Shown in pieces: positions 45,765-55,068 of a stretch of DNA of 58,938 nucleotides (its first letter is position 1; every line of letters starts with the position of its first letter). The notes below the pieces were generated by a model that searched no databases, had not been told where the DNA came from, and saw nothing but the letters and a program-made list of their open reading frames with translations. Origin of the DNA: Candidatus Falkowbacteria bacterium (GTDB lineage Bacteria; Patescibacteriota; Patescibacteriia; Patescibacteriales; GWE2-39-37); the NCBI GenBank assembly GCA_037137775.1, contig JBAXJQ010000004.1, forward strand, positions 1 to 58,938. The letters run 5' to 3'. The translations under genes and the position numbers were made by a program.

Positions 45765-47777
45765 ATGAAATTGGTTCGACCAGACGGCTACGAAAAAATG
45801 CTTCCAATCTTAATTGTTTTGGTGGTTTTATTAGCGGCAAGTAATTTGTTTACCATCTTTTGGTTAAAGCAAAGTTTGCAACCAAAGACGCAGACGCAAA
45901 ATCAAAACTATAATGTTGTCGATAATAAAGACTTAGCCCAATATGATCGAGACAATGATGGCTTAACCGATGATAAAGAACTGTTGTACAAGACTAATCC
46001 ATTATTAGCTGATACCGATGGTGATGGGTTTACGGATAAGCAGGAAATCGATTCAGGACACGATCCATTGGTTGCGGACGTAAAAATTGTGCCACCTGTC
46101 AATTCAACGAGTAGTGAATTGACCGTTGAGTGGGAAAAAACACCCGTAAAAGTAAGCGGTGAAGAGGTGTTTAAACCAGGTGAGATAGATGCTGCTATTG
46201 AAAAATTTAGTCTTGCGCAATATGTCGAATCCGATTGTGCTAAAGGGCAAAAAGCAGCTGAGTGCATTAAGATAATAAAAAATCTTAGAAATGATTTTGA
46301 CAAGGGATTAGATATTGTTCGAGTTGGCAAGGTTGTGTCTGGCAAATATGTAGATAGCGATGTGTTGGTAATGAAATATTTTTCTTCACCATATGAAATG
46401 GGTACTGGTGTGAACGGCGCTAGGGTGATATCTGGTAAAAATTTACCTAAAAATATTATCCTTGAAGCGCAATCTGAGAAATTTGGATTAATTGGTGAAA
46501 ATTTATTTGATCGTGATGCATCGTCGACAATAACAAACCTTGAGCCAGCTGAAAAAATCGCTATACCAAATTCAAAAATTAATTTAGTACGAATACAGAA
46601 AACATCCAATCTATTAAATCAATCACAAAATATTAGATTTTTGTCGGACCTCAGTAATGTTGAGTCGTTATTTAAATATGATGGTGATAAATATGTGTAT
46701 AAATATATTCAATATCAAGGCGGATGTTTTCTAGTATTAGCTAATGATGGAACGGTTAGAGAATATTTCTTTGATGATCCAATTTTTGCTGGTTATAACA
46801 AAAAATTTGAACGTTATTATGAAGGAGAAGTGTTTCAATTGAATATTGCTGGAAAGTTAATTGAAAAACACTATATTGTTGCCAAAATGACTGGGTGCGG
46901 CCCGCAAGGTTGTTATAGCTATCCTGAATATATTAAAAGCAAGAATCAACTTGAAATAGTAGGTACATTTAGTAACGGAGATTCTATTTATGAGTTAAAA
47001 GATGAAAAAATCACAACGGATATAAATATTACTTCGGCAGAAACTAAACGAGTTAGCGTATTGAAAAATGCTTATGATTCGTATTTTCCCGGATATGATG
47101 AAAAAACGCAAAAACAAAAATCTAAAAAGTCATATGCAACATTTTTAGCAGATCACCCTTTAATTTATTGGCAGGATCCATTTGGTGGTTTTGTTGAATT
47201 AGTCAACGTGGACTACATGCAGATGGTGGAATGCGGTAAGCCAGTAATTTATTTATACCCAATTAAAACTACCACGGTTTCAGTAAAGGTCACACCAAAT
47301 GGCGGTTTCTCTAAAACTGAACCTGAGTATGGTCAGGGCTGGAATGTGGTAGCCGAACCAAATGGTCAGTTGAAAAATATCGCAGACAACAAAGCCTATC
47401 CCTATTTATTTTGGGAGGGCAGGGGGTTGAATTATGTCCGTCCAACAGAAGGCTTTGTGGTGAAGAAAAATGAGGTTAATCAATTTTTGTCAGATAAACT
47501 CGCCTTGCTTGGCATGAACAAAAAAGAAATCGCGGATTTTAAGGAATTCTGGTTACCTCGCATGCAAGCTAAACCGTATTATTTTGTCTCATTTGTGCCC
47601 AAAGAGCAGTTTGATCAATTGGCACCGCTCAAAGTTGAGCCCAAACCAGACACGGTTATTCGCGTGTTTATGGATTATGAAGCCCTGGATGCGCCAATGA
47701 AAAATATTGAGCCTAAGTTGATTACCCCAGTCCGACGTGGTTTTACCGTTGTAGAATGGGGCGGCGCTTTGCGCTAG
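45765..47777 (+). CDS. Membrane-anchored exported protein with Ca-binding DxDxDG repeats and KPVIYLYP C-terminal domain
   Basis: N-terminal TM, DRDNDGLTDDKE/DTDGDGFTDKQE, CGKPVIYLYP...YLFWEG...VVEWGG. Confidence 0.8.
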   Translation: MKLVRPDGYEKMLPILIVLVVLLAASNLFTIFWLKQSLQPKTQTQNQNYNVVDNKDLAQYDRDNDGLTDDKELLYKTNPLLADTDGDGFTDKQEIDSGHDPLVADVKIVPPVNSTSSELTVEWEKTPVKVSGEEVFKPGEIDAAIEKFSLAQYVESDCAKGQKAAECIKIIKNLRNDFDKGLDIVRVGKVVSGKYVDSDVLVMKYFSSPYEMGTGVNGARVISGKNLPKNIILEAQSEKFGLIGENLFDRDASSTITNLEPAEKIAIPNSKINLVRIQKTSNLLNQSQNIRFLSDLSNVESLFKYDGDKYVYKYIQYQGGCFLVLANDGTVREYFFDDPIFAGYNKKFERYYEGEVFQLNIAGKLIEKHYIVAKMTGCGPQGCYSYPEYIKSKNQLEIVGTFSNGDSIYELKDEKITTDINITSAETKRVSVLKNAYDSYFPGYDEKTQKQKSKKSYATFLADHPLIYWQDPFGGFVELVNVDYMQMVECGKPVIYLYPIKTTTVSVKVTPNGGFSKTEPEYGQGWNVVAEPNGQLKNIADNKAYPYLFWEGRGLNYVRPTEGFVVKKNEVNQFLSDKLALLGMNKKEIADFKEFWLPRMQAKPYYFVSFVPKEQFDQLAPLKVEPKPDTVIRVFMDYEALDAPMKNIEPKLITPVRRGFTVVEWGGALR

Positions 47778-47781
47778 AACT

Positions 47782-49569
47782 ATGCCTAAACAAATTAAAA
47801 TTTTGTTAGTACTCATAAGCCTGCTTGCGGTTGCGCAAGCAGGCTTGTTGATTGCTGCCCAAGTAGAATCGGTTGATAAAAAAATGCCAGCTAGTGACTT
47901 ATCAGCACTTGGAAAAATCGCAAGTAGCACAGAAAAAATTTTGCCAACCAATAATAAATCAGATCGAGTGTATGGTGGTATCTTGCCGCATCACTTAATG
48001 GTAAAGGATTATATTGTCGCCTATCTGAACAATCTGCCCGATGTAGAATATGACACCGTAGTATTAATCGGCCCGAATCATTTCGAAAAGGGCGAGGCAA
48101 TTATTTCTACCAAACGTAATTGGGAGACCGAAAATGGCACGCTCGAGTCGGCCAGTGGAACTATTGAAAAACTTGGCCTTAAAATTAACGACGCGCCATT
48201 TAAAAATGAGCATTCAATTGGTGGCTTAGTTAGTTTGATAAAAAAACGGTTGCCCAGTGCTAAAATTGTGCCGATTATTTTGCGACAGAATGCTAAGCAG
48301 TTAGATGTAATTAGGCTTGCAGATGCGCTCAAAAACAATGTTGATTCAGAGAAAACCTTGGTTTTGGCCAGCGTTGATTTTTCTCATTATCAGCCAGTGC
48401 CTGTGGCAAATTTTCACGATCAAGTGAGTCGTGCAGTGATTGAGCAATTTGATCTTGGCCGGTTAAAATCGATTGAAGTTGATTCGCCCAATTCGCTTTT
48501 AGCGGTGCTCACTTATTTGGAAAAAATTGGTGTTAAGAAAAGCGAGTTGAAATTTTCGACTAATTCCGGCGTCTTAGCACCAGCAACCGCAGACTACACC
48601 ACCAGTCACAATTTTTATTATTTTTATCAAGGTAACGCTCAGACGCCCAAATTTTTTAGCGGATTATTTTTTGGCGATGCTATGTTAGATCGTAATGTTG
48701 GCACAAAAATATCTCGTATTGGCATGAGTAAATTATTAGCACCAATTGCGGGCGAGGAAAAACGATTTTTAATGGGTGCCGATGTGGTTAGTTTTAATCT
48801 AGAAGGGGCGGTTACGAACAAAGGAGCACATTATCCGCCAAGTAATACTAATGATTTTGCGTTTTCACCAGCTAACGTAATTGAGTTTAAAAAAATTGGC
48901 TTCAATTATGTAACTATTGCCAATAATCATCTATCCGACCAGGGGCAAAAAGGAATTGAAGAAACAAAAAATAATTTAACTTCAATTGGTTTACCATTTT
49001 CCGGTTGTGCCGATCGGCAGGTTGGCGATTGTAGTGTGATCAGTCAATCATATGGTACCACTAAAGTCGGTTTAATCGGTCTAAGCATGGTGTATGGTGA
49101 TTTTGATCCCGATCAAGCGAAAAAAATAGTTCAGACGACAAAAAGTGCAAATGATTTAGTGGTGGTTAATATTCATTGGGGTAGTGAGTATACGCATCAA
49201 TTTTCTAAAAAGCAGCAGAATATCGCCCATGCCTTGATTGACGCTGGCGCGGACGTAATTATCGGTCACCACCCTCATGTCGTTCAGGGTATCGAGATGT
49301 ATAAAAACAAGCCGATTTTTTATTCCTTGGGTAATTTTATTTTTGATCAGTATTTTTCAGTAGATACTCAGGAGAGTTTGTCTGTTGGGTTGTTTTGGGA
49401 TGGAGTTAAATGGACTTGTAATTTATTTCCTTTAAAGCAGTCTGGCAGTGTGCCAAGTTTGATGGCTGGGAAGCAAAAAACAAATTTTTTAACTAAACTT
49501 GCTGGTTGGTCAGTCGGTAGTGTTGAATTTAAGCAACAAATAACAAAAGGCGAGATAAAAAATGAGTAA
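47782..49569 (+). CDS. MEMO1/AmmeMemoRadiSam-B-like domain fused to CapA (PGA_cap) metallophosphoesterase
   Basis: ILPHH, IGPNH, EHS, ASVDFSHY, then GDAMLDR, NLEG, ANNH, HWG, GHHPHV, YSLGNF. Confidence 0.88.
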   Translation: MPKQIKILLVLISLLAVAQAGLLIAAQVESVDKKMPASDLSALGKIASSTEKILPTNNKSDRVYGGILPHHLMVKDYIVAYLNNLPDVEYDTVVLIGPNHFEKGEAIISTKRNWETENGTLESASGTIEKLGLKINDAPFKNEHSIGGLVSLIKKRLPSAKIVPIILRQNAKQLDVIRLADALKNNVDSEKTLVLASVDFSHYQPVPVANFHDQVSRAVIEQFDLGRLKSIEVDSPNSLLAVLTYLEKIGVKKSELKFSTNSGVLAPATADYTTSHNFYYFYQGNAQTPKFFSGLFFGDAMLDRNVGTKISRIGMSKLLAPIAGEEKRFLMGADVVSFNLEGAVTNKGAHYPPSNTNDFAFSPANVIEFKKIGFNYVTIANNHLSDQGQKGIEETKNNLTSIGLPFSGCADRQVGDCSVISQSYGTTKVGLIGLSMVYGDFDPDQAKKIVQTTKSANDLVVVNIHWGSEYTHQFSKKQQNIAHALIDAGADVIIGHHPHVVQGIEMYKNKPIFYSLGNFIFDQYFSVDTQESLSVGLFWDGVKWTCNLFPLKQSGSVPSLMAGKQKTNFLTKLAGWSVGSVEFKQQITKGEIKNE

Positions 49570-49633
49570 TATTTTAAGGATATTTAGTTTTGTGCTATAA
49601 TTACGATAATTAATAATTTTTTAAGGTATACGT

Positions 49634-50641
49634 ATGAACATCGCAATCAACGGCTTCGGTCGCATCGGTCGAGCCACGTTTAAGGCACTGTTGGAAAAAA
49701 AAGGCATCACAGTGGTTGCCATTAATGACTTAACCGATACTAAAACGTTGGCACATTTACTGAAGTATGATTCTTGCTATGGTACCTTTAACCACAAAGT
49801 GTCTGCAACAACTGACAGCGTGGTGGTTGATGGTCAGAAATATTGTGTTTATGCGGAAAAAGATCCGACTGCCTTGCCCTGGAAAGAATTAAAGGTTGAT
49901 GTAGTCATTGAAAGCACTGGTCGTTTTACCAACAAAGAGGAGGCCGGCTTGCATCTTAAGGCGGGTGCGAAGAAAGTAGTTATTTCTGCACCAGGCAAGG
50001 GCGAGGGTCTAAAGACTATTGTTTTGGGGGTAAATGAAGATAAACTAACCAAAAATGATTCGGTTTTTTCCATGGCCTCTTGCACAACGAATTGTTTAGC
50101 GCCAGTAACAGCAGTTATTGAGCGTGAATTTGGTATTGTTAAGGCGATTATGACTACGATTCATTCTTATACTGCCGATCAGAATTTGGTGGATGGCCCA
50201 CATAAAGATTTGCGTCGCGCTCGTGCCGCCGCGTTAAATATTGTACCAACTTCGACCGGTGCTGCCATTGCCGTGGCTGAAACTATTCCCAAGCTCAAAG
50301 GCAACTTTGATGGCGGGGCAATGCGAGTACCAACACCAACTGGCTCGTTATGCGATGTAGTGTATATTACCAAAAAGAAGGTAACTGTTGAGCAAGTTAA
50401 CCAAGCTATTATGAAGGCAACCAAAGAACCCCGCCTAAAAGGTATCTTAACCGCGACCAATGAACCAATCGTGTCTTCCGATATTGTCGGTAATCCAGCC
50501 AGCTCCATTGTAGATTTGGAGCTAACCAAGGTACTCGGTGGCGACATGCTCAAAGTGGTGGCTTGGTACGATAACGAATGGGGTTATTCCTGTCGCTTAG
50601 CCGACCTTTGCGTCTTTATTGGTAAGAATAAATTAGTCTAA
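49634..50641 (+). CDS. gap: Type I glyceraldehyde-3-phosphate dehydrogenase
   Basis: INGFGRIGR, ASCTTNCLAP, WYDNEWGYS. Confidence 0.99.
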   Translation: MNIAINGFGRIGRATFKALLEKKGITVVAINDLTDTKTLAHLLKYDSCYGTFNHKVSATTDSVVVDGQKYCVYAEKDPTALPWKELKVDVVIESTGRFTNKEEAGLHLKAGAKKVVISAPGKGEGLKTIVLGVNEDKLTKNDSVFSMASCTTNCLAPVTAVIEREFGIVKAIMTTIHSYTADQNLVDGPHKDLRRARAAALNIVPTSTGAAIAVAETIPKLKGNFDGGAMRVPTPTGSLCDVVYITKKKVTVEQVNQAIMKATKEPRLKGILTATNEPIVSSDIVGNPASSIVDLELTKVLGGDMLKVVAWYDNEWGYSCRLADLCVFIGKNKLV

Positions 50642-50645
50642 TCGT

Positions 50646-51104
50646 ATGGCAAAGGTGACCGTTGCAAATATAATGATAAAAAAGGTAATTACCACTACCC
50701 CTAACAATGGAGTGGTAGAGGTTGCCAGATTATTAGATAAAAAGAAAATTCATGGGATTCCAGTAATTAATGAGCTGAAAGAGGTGGTTGGCATAATAAC
50801 TGAAACTGATTTTTATCTTAAAAATGAACTTGGCTTTCATATCCCTTCTTATATTGAGTTCATTAAAAATTCAGAGTTTGCTAAAGGTAAAAGTCAAAAA
50901 CAGAGTCAAGAGTACAAGCAGCTTATTAATGCCAAGGTTAGTGATGTAATGACACCGAAGTGTTTTACGATTTCACCAGAAACCACGGTAGAGGAGTTAA
51001 TCGCCATATTTAAAAAGAAAAAGTTGTACACGCTGCCGGTAGTTAATAATTCTAAAAAATTAGTTGGCATTGTTACCATTGCCGACATTATTAAATTAAT
51101 CTAA
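50646..51104 (+). CDS. CBS-domain pair protein
   Basis: IHGIPV...VGIITETD and LPVV...LVGIVTIADI. Confidence 0.92.
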   Translation: MAKVTVANIMIKKVITTTPNNGVVEVARLLDKKKIHGIPVINELKEVVGIITETDFYLKNELGFHIPSYIEFIKNSEFAKGKSQKQSQEYKQLINAKVSDVMTPKCFTISPETTVEELIAIFKKKKLYTLPVVNNSKKLVGIVTIADIIKLI

Positions 51105-51109
51105 AAATT

Positions 51110-52687
51110 ATGGCGTTACCAAAACAAACACGTCCAATCGAGCAGATCGTGAAAAAAAACTATTCCTGGTGGAATACGAATTTTGTCACGGTAGAAAAAA
51201 CTGAGGTTAAGACGTGGCAAGTTATTTTTGTCGTTGCCTTTATTTGTGGCATTGCTAGCGCCATGACCTGGATGATTTCAACAGGTAATAGCTCATCTTC
51301 AAGTGCGGCCTATCTACCACCAACTGGCACATCATCAGCAGCGCTATATTTAAATTACTCCGCCTCTAGTACGGTTGTTAATGGCAAAATTGCCATTAGT
51401 GGTATTTACACAAACTACAAGACACTCTCAGGTACTCGTGGAATTATGAATTTTTATCAAAATGACCTAGTTACCTTAATTCCAATGGCTAACCCTGGAT
51501 ATTATTTTGCAGGCTGGGGTGGCGATTGTGCATCTGCTAATGTTGGTACTTGCGGTAATAATCAAGACAAGGTTTGTGTGGTGCAAATGAATAGTGTGAA
51601 AAACGTAATCTCATATTTTAATCCAATAGTGCCTGTTTCAACCACCACGATATTAACAATAAATAATTCTTTGCCAGCCGCTGGAAGTATTTATATGAGA
51701 AATATTAAGGGCACGAGTATATTAAGTAGTGGTTCTTTTGCTCAACAATATGGCGATGTTGTCACTTTAACTGCCAGCACATACACCGGCTTTGCGTTTC
51801 AAGGGTGGTCCGGTGATTGTGCTTTAACAAGCAGCACGGTTTGTCAGGTCACTATGGCTGGAAATAAAACAGTAAAGGCAAACTTTACCACATCAACAAT
51901 ATCATCATTTGGATATGTAAATTTAGTGCCAACTTCATTGAATGGTGGTAGTGGGGTGTTTAATCTTTATAGTAAATTACAAAACAAGACGATTACCGCG
52001 TCGAGCGGGGTGATAACTTACAATGCAGGGGATACCATAACCTTAACACCGATGCCTTCGGTAGCCTCTCAAGTTTCTGCTTGGACCGGGGATGGTTATT
52101 ATCCAACAACTAGCACCGCTTTTCGTAATATTACAATCAATGCAAATTATACGAGCAATGTTTTTGTGACTTTTAGAAGCGCAACAAGCACATCAACTAC
52201 TACGGCAGGTTATACCGTAACATATAATGGCAATGGTAATACTGGCGGAACAGCTCCTATTGATAATAAAATTTATCTTTCTGGTTCGTATGCACAAGCT
52301 GCATATGCTGGAACAATGACTAAGACTGGTCATAATTTCTCTTGGAATACTAAGGCGGATGGTACTGGTGTGGTGATGGGTCAAGGCACTGTTTTTCAAA
52401 TAGGGTCATCCAGTGTGGTTTTTTATGCAAATTGGAATCCGATAGCCTATAAATTAGCTGTTAATAAGTCGGGAGTAGGTGCAGGACGAGTTGCAACCAA
52501 TCCTCTGTATATTGATTGCGGTTTAACATGTTCAAATAACTTTAATTACGGAACAAATTTAACATTAACTGCATATCCTGTTGGTAGCTCAACTTTTGCA
52601 GGTTGGTCTGGTGCGTGCACTGGTATAAATCCATCTTGCAATTTAACTATAGCAACAACTACGAATGTAATTGCTACTTTCAAATAA
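51110..52687 (+). CDS. Ser/Thr-rich surface protein with InlB-B-repeat-like domains
   Basis: N-terminal TM, repeated VTL..P..GY.FAGWGGDC / F.GWSG.C units, WNTKADGTG. Confidence 0.8.
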   Translation: MALPKQTRPIEQIVKKNYSWWNTNFVTVEKTEVKTWQVIFVVAFICGIASAMTWMISTGNSSSSSAAYLPPTGTSSAALYLNYSASSTVVNGKIAISGIYTNYKTLSGTRGIMNFYQNDLVTLIPMANPGYYFAGWGGDCASANVGTCGNNQDKVCVVQMNSVKNVISYFNPIVPVSTTTILTINNSLPAAGSIYMRNIKGTSILSSGSFAQQYGDVVTLTASTYTGFAFQGWSGDCALTSSTVCQVTMAGNKTVKANFTTSTISSFGYVNLVPTSLNGGSGVFNLYSKLQNKTITASSGVITYNAGDTITLTPMPSVASQVSAWTGDGYYPTTSTAFRNITINANYTSNVFVTFRSATSTSTTTAGYTVTYNGNGNTGGTAPIDNKIYLSGSYAQAAYAGTMTKTGHNFSWNTKADGTGVVMGQGTVFQIGSSSVVFYANWNPIAYKLAVNKSGVGAGRVATNPLYIDCGLTCSNNFNYGTNLTLTAYPVGSSTFAGWSGACTGINPSCNLTIATTTNVIATFK

Positions 52688-52796
52688 AGACTATATATGT
52701 TTAACTCTAAAACTTAAACTTATTTAGTTTGAGTTTTAGGCCTTGAACATGATAATAATGTATTAATAAATTTAAGTGTAATGCTTCGCAATAACT

Positions 52797-53852
52797 ATGA
52801 ATGTAATACTGGAAAAAATTGAAGCAGCAAAATTAATTGGCCGCGGTGGGGCTGGCTTTAGCGTGGCGAGTAAATGGCGCATGGTGGCAACTGCTACAGG
52901 TGAGAAAAAATACGTAGTGTGTAATTGTTCCGAGGGCGAACCAGGGGTAAAAAAGGATGGCTATATTATCGAACATTATGCGCAACAAATCATTAATGGC
53001 ATGTACTTGGCAATCCAGTTTTTAGGCGCTGAAAAAGGTATTTTTTATCTTAACGAGGCATATTATAAACAGTATAAAAATATATTAGAGCAGGCAATTA
53101 CTGCGTCGGGAGCCAAGATTGAATTGTTTGTTAAGAATCATGAGGCGGGCTATGTTGGTGGCGAGGAAACAACCGTGCTGAATGTTATCGAAGGCAACCG
53201 TGCTGAGCCCCGCTTGCGCCCACCGTATCCGCCAACCAGCGGCTTGTGGGGCTGCCCAACTTTGGTTAATAATGTTGAAACGTTTTATAACGTCAGCTTA
53301 GTAAATAGCGGCGAGTATAAAAATGAACGGTTTTATACCGTTATTGGTGATACTTTGCATGAAGGTGTGTATCAATTACCAGCTAATTTAACAGTGGAGC
53401 AGGTTCTAAAACAAACTGAGAATTGGCCGAAATATGAATTTTTTGTGCAAGTGGGTGGTGATGGTGCTGGTGAAGTGTGGTCTCAGAAACAATTGAAGCA
53501 ACTAGCAACCGGCTCTGGCTCGATTCATGTCTATAGTTTGTCGAAGTATAAACCCATCGATTTAATGCTTGGTTGGGCAAATTTTTTCAAAGCCGAATCT
53601 TGTGGGCAGTGCGTACCGTGTCGTGAAGGCACGTATCGACTTGTTGAGGCGTTACATGAAGACAAACCGAATTGGCCTTTGATTGCTGATGTGTTATTTA
53701 GTTTAAGTGAGTCATCTTTTTGTGGCTTGGGTGTGGCTGCATCAATTCCAATTCGCACCTATGTCGCCAATGTCTTGGCCAGCTATCCAGAAAAATCAAC
53801 CAACTTACCGATTGGGAGTAAAAAGGTTATTTGTTCAAACATTACTAACTAA
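52797..53852 (+). CDS. NuoF/HydB-like NADH-binding flavoprotein (compact)
   Basis: GRGGAGF, VCNCSEGEPG, YVGGEET, NNVET, ESCGQCVPCREG...SFCGLG. Confidence 0.88.
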   Translation: MNVILEKIEAAKLIGRGGAGFSVASKWRMVATATGEKKYVVCNCSEGEPGVKKDGYIIEHYAQQIINGMYLAIQFLGAEKGIFYLNEAYYKQYKNILEQAITASGAKIELFVKNHEAGYVGGEETTVLNVIEGNRAEPRLRPPYPPTSGLWGCPTLVNNVETFYNVSLVNSGEYKNERFYTVIGDTLHEGVYQLPANLTVEQVLKQTENWPKYEFFVQVGGDGAGEVWSQKQLKQLATGSGSIHVYSLSKYKPIDLMLGWANFFKAESCGQCVPCREGTYRLVEALHEDKPNWPLIADVLFSLSESSFCGLGVAASIPIRTYVANVLASYPEKSTNLPIGSKKVICSNITN

Positions 53853-53859
53853 AAATCAT

Positions 53860-55065
53860 ATGGAAACAAGTCAAAATGAAGGTTTGCCAAATGCTATACC
53901 ACCATTAACGCCACTGGCGCCAACCCTTGAGTTGACCCCGATTTCGGATTTGCTTTCAAAATCATTTGAGATTTACTGGTCACGGTTTAAAAAATTTACC
54001 CAACTGGAATTGTTAGGCTTGTTGGCTTTTGTGCCAATTGGTGTTTTAGCAACATTGTACTTAGTTATAAGCTCCATATTACAAAAATCAGCCGCAATAA
54101 CTATATCTTTTTTTGTTATTTCTTTTGTAACGGTAATTTTTTCTATTATTTTTGCCATTGTTACTCAAGTTGCAATGTATTTTTATTTAAATGATTTAAA
54201 AATAGATACAAAAATTAAAGATTTATTACTGCTGGCCAAATCAAGAGCATTTCATTTCTGGTCAACCTCGATATTGGTTGGCTTGGTGGTAATAGCTGGT
54301 TTTATTTTCTTAGTTGTGCCTGGAATAATTTTTGCTGTTGCGCTTTCGATGACGGCGTACGTTTATGTTTTTGAAGGCCTTCAGGATACTCAGGCATTGC
54401 AGCGAAGCAGGGAATTAGTGCGAGGATATTGGTGGCCGGTGGCGATTAGATTGTTGACCGCGTTACTTATTTCTTATGCAATACAAGTCCCTAGATATTT
54501 TTTAGGTGATGGGGTTGATGGAGCAATTTATTCCCTATTCGAAATAGTAGCAAGATTGATTTTTTATCCTTGGTTTATTGTGTATTCATTTTTGATTTAT
54601 CGTGATTTATATAAGATTAAAGGGGCAAGCCAATCTGAAAATAAAAAAAGTAAATTCGGGATGGTGATTTTAGTAATTTTTTGTGCAATTTTTATTCTTG
54701 GCTTGTTCGCCTCATTCATGTTGGTTTCGCTAGATAGTGCACGTATGAAGTCGAGGGATGCAAAAAGAATCTCGGATATAAATCAAATAAGGGTTGCTCT
54801 GGGGATATATCGAAACGATAAAAATAAATATCCTGAGCAATTAACAGAGCTTAGTCAGTTCGGTCTAGATATAAGTAAAGATGTTGACCCAAAAACAAAA
54901 GCTTCGTATGAGTATATTTTGGATAAAGATGATTATAAGTTGTGTTTTAATTTAGAAGAAGCAAAAACAGTCGGCGTTAGAAACTACCAAAAAGGGAAAA
55001 ATTGTATCAATAGTAAGAATGAAATAGATGTCAATAATTTTGATTCCGTTCAAGATAATCAATAA
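53860..55065 (+). CDS. Multi-pass membrane protein with C-terminal type IV pilin/GspG-like domain
   Basis: ATG 53860 (the track start overlaps nuoF). TM bundle then SLDSARMKSRDAKRISDINQIRVALGIY...YP...DP..YKLCFNLE. Confidence 0.75.
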   Translation: METSQNEGLPNAIPPLTPLAPTLELTPISDLLSKSFEIYWSRFKKFTQLELLGLLAFVPIGVLATLYLVISSILQKSAAITISFFVISFVTVIFSIIFAIVTQVAMYFYLNDLKIDTKIKDLLLLAKSRAFHFWSTSILVGLVVIAGFIFLVVPGIIFAVALSMTAYVYVFEGLQDTQALQRSRELVRGYWWPVAIRLLTALLISYAIQVPRYFLGDGVDGAIYSLFEIVARLIFYPWFIVYSFLIYRDLYKIKGASQSENKKSKFGMVILVIFCAIFILGLFASFMLVSLDSARMKSRDAKRISDINQIRVALGIYRNDKNKYPEQLTELSQFGLDISKDVDPKTKASYEYILDKDDYKLCFNLEEAKTVGVRNYQKGKNCINSKNEIDVNNFDSVQDNQ

Positions 55066-55068
55066 TTC

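Noticed and set aside
53707..53859. N-terminal 51 aa of the 452-aa track ORF overlapping the NuoF-like gene
   Set aside because: ATG 53860, just after the nuoF stop, is the more plausible start.
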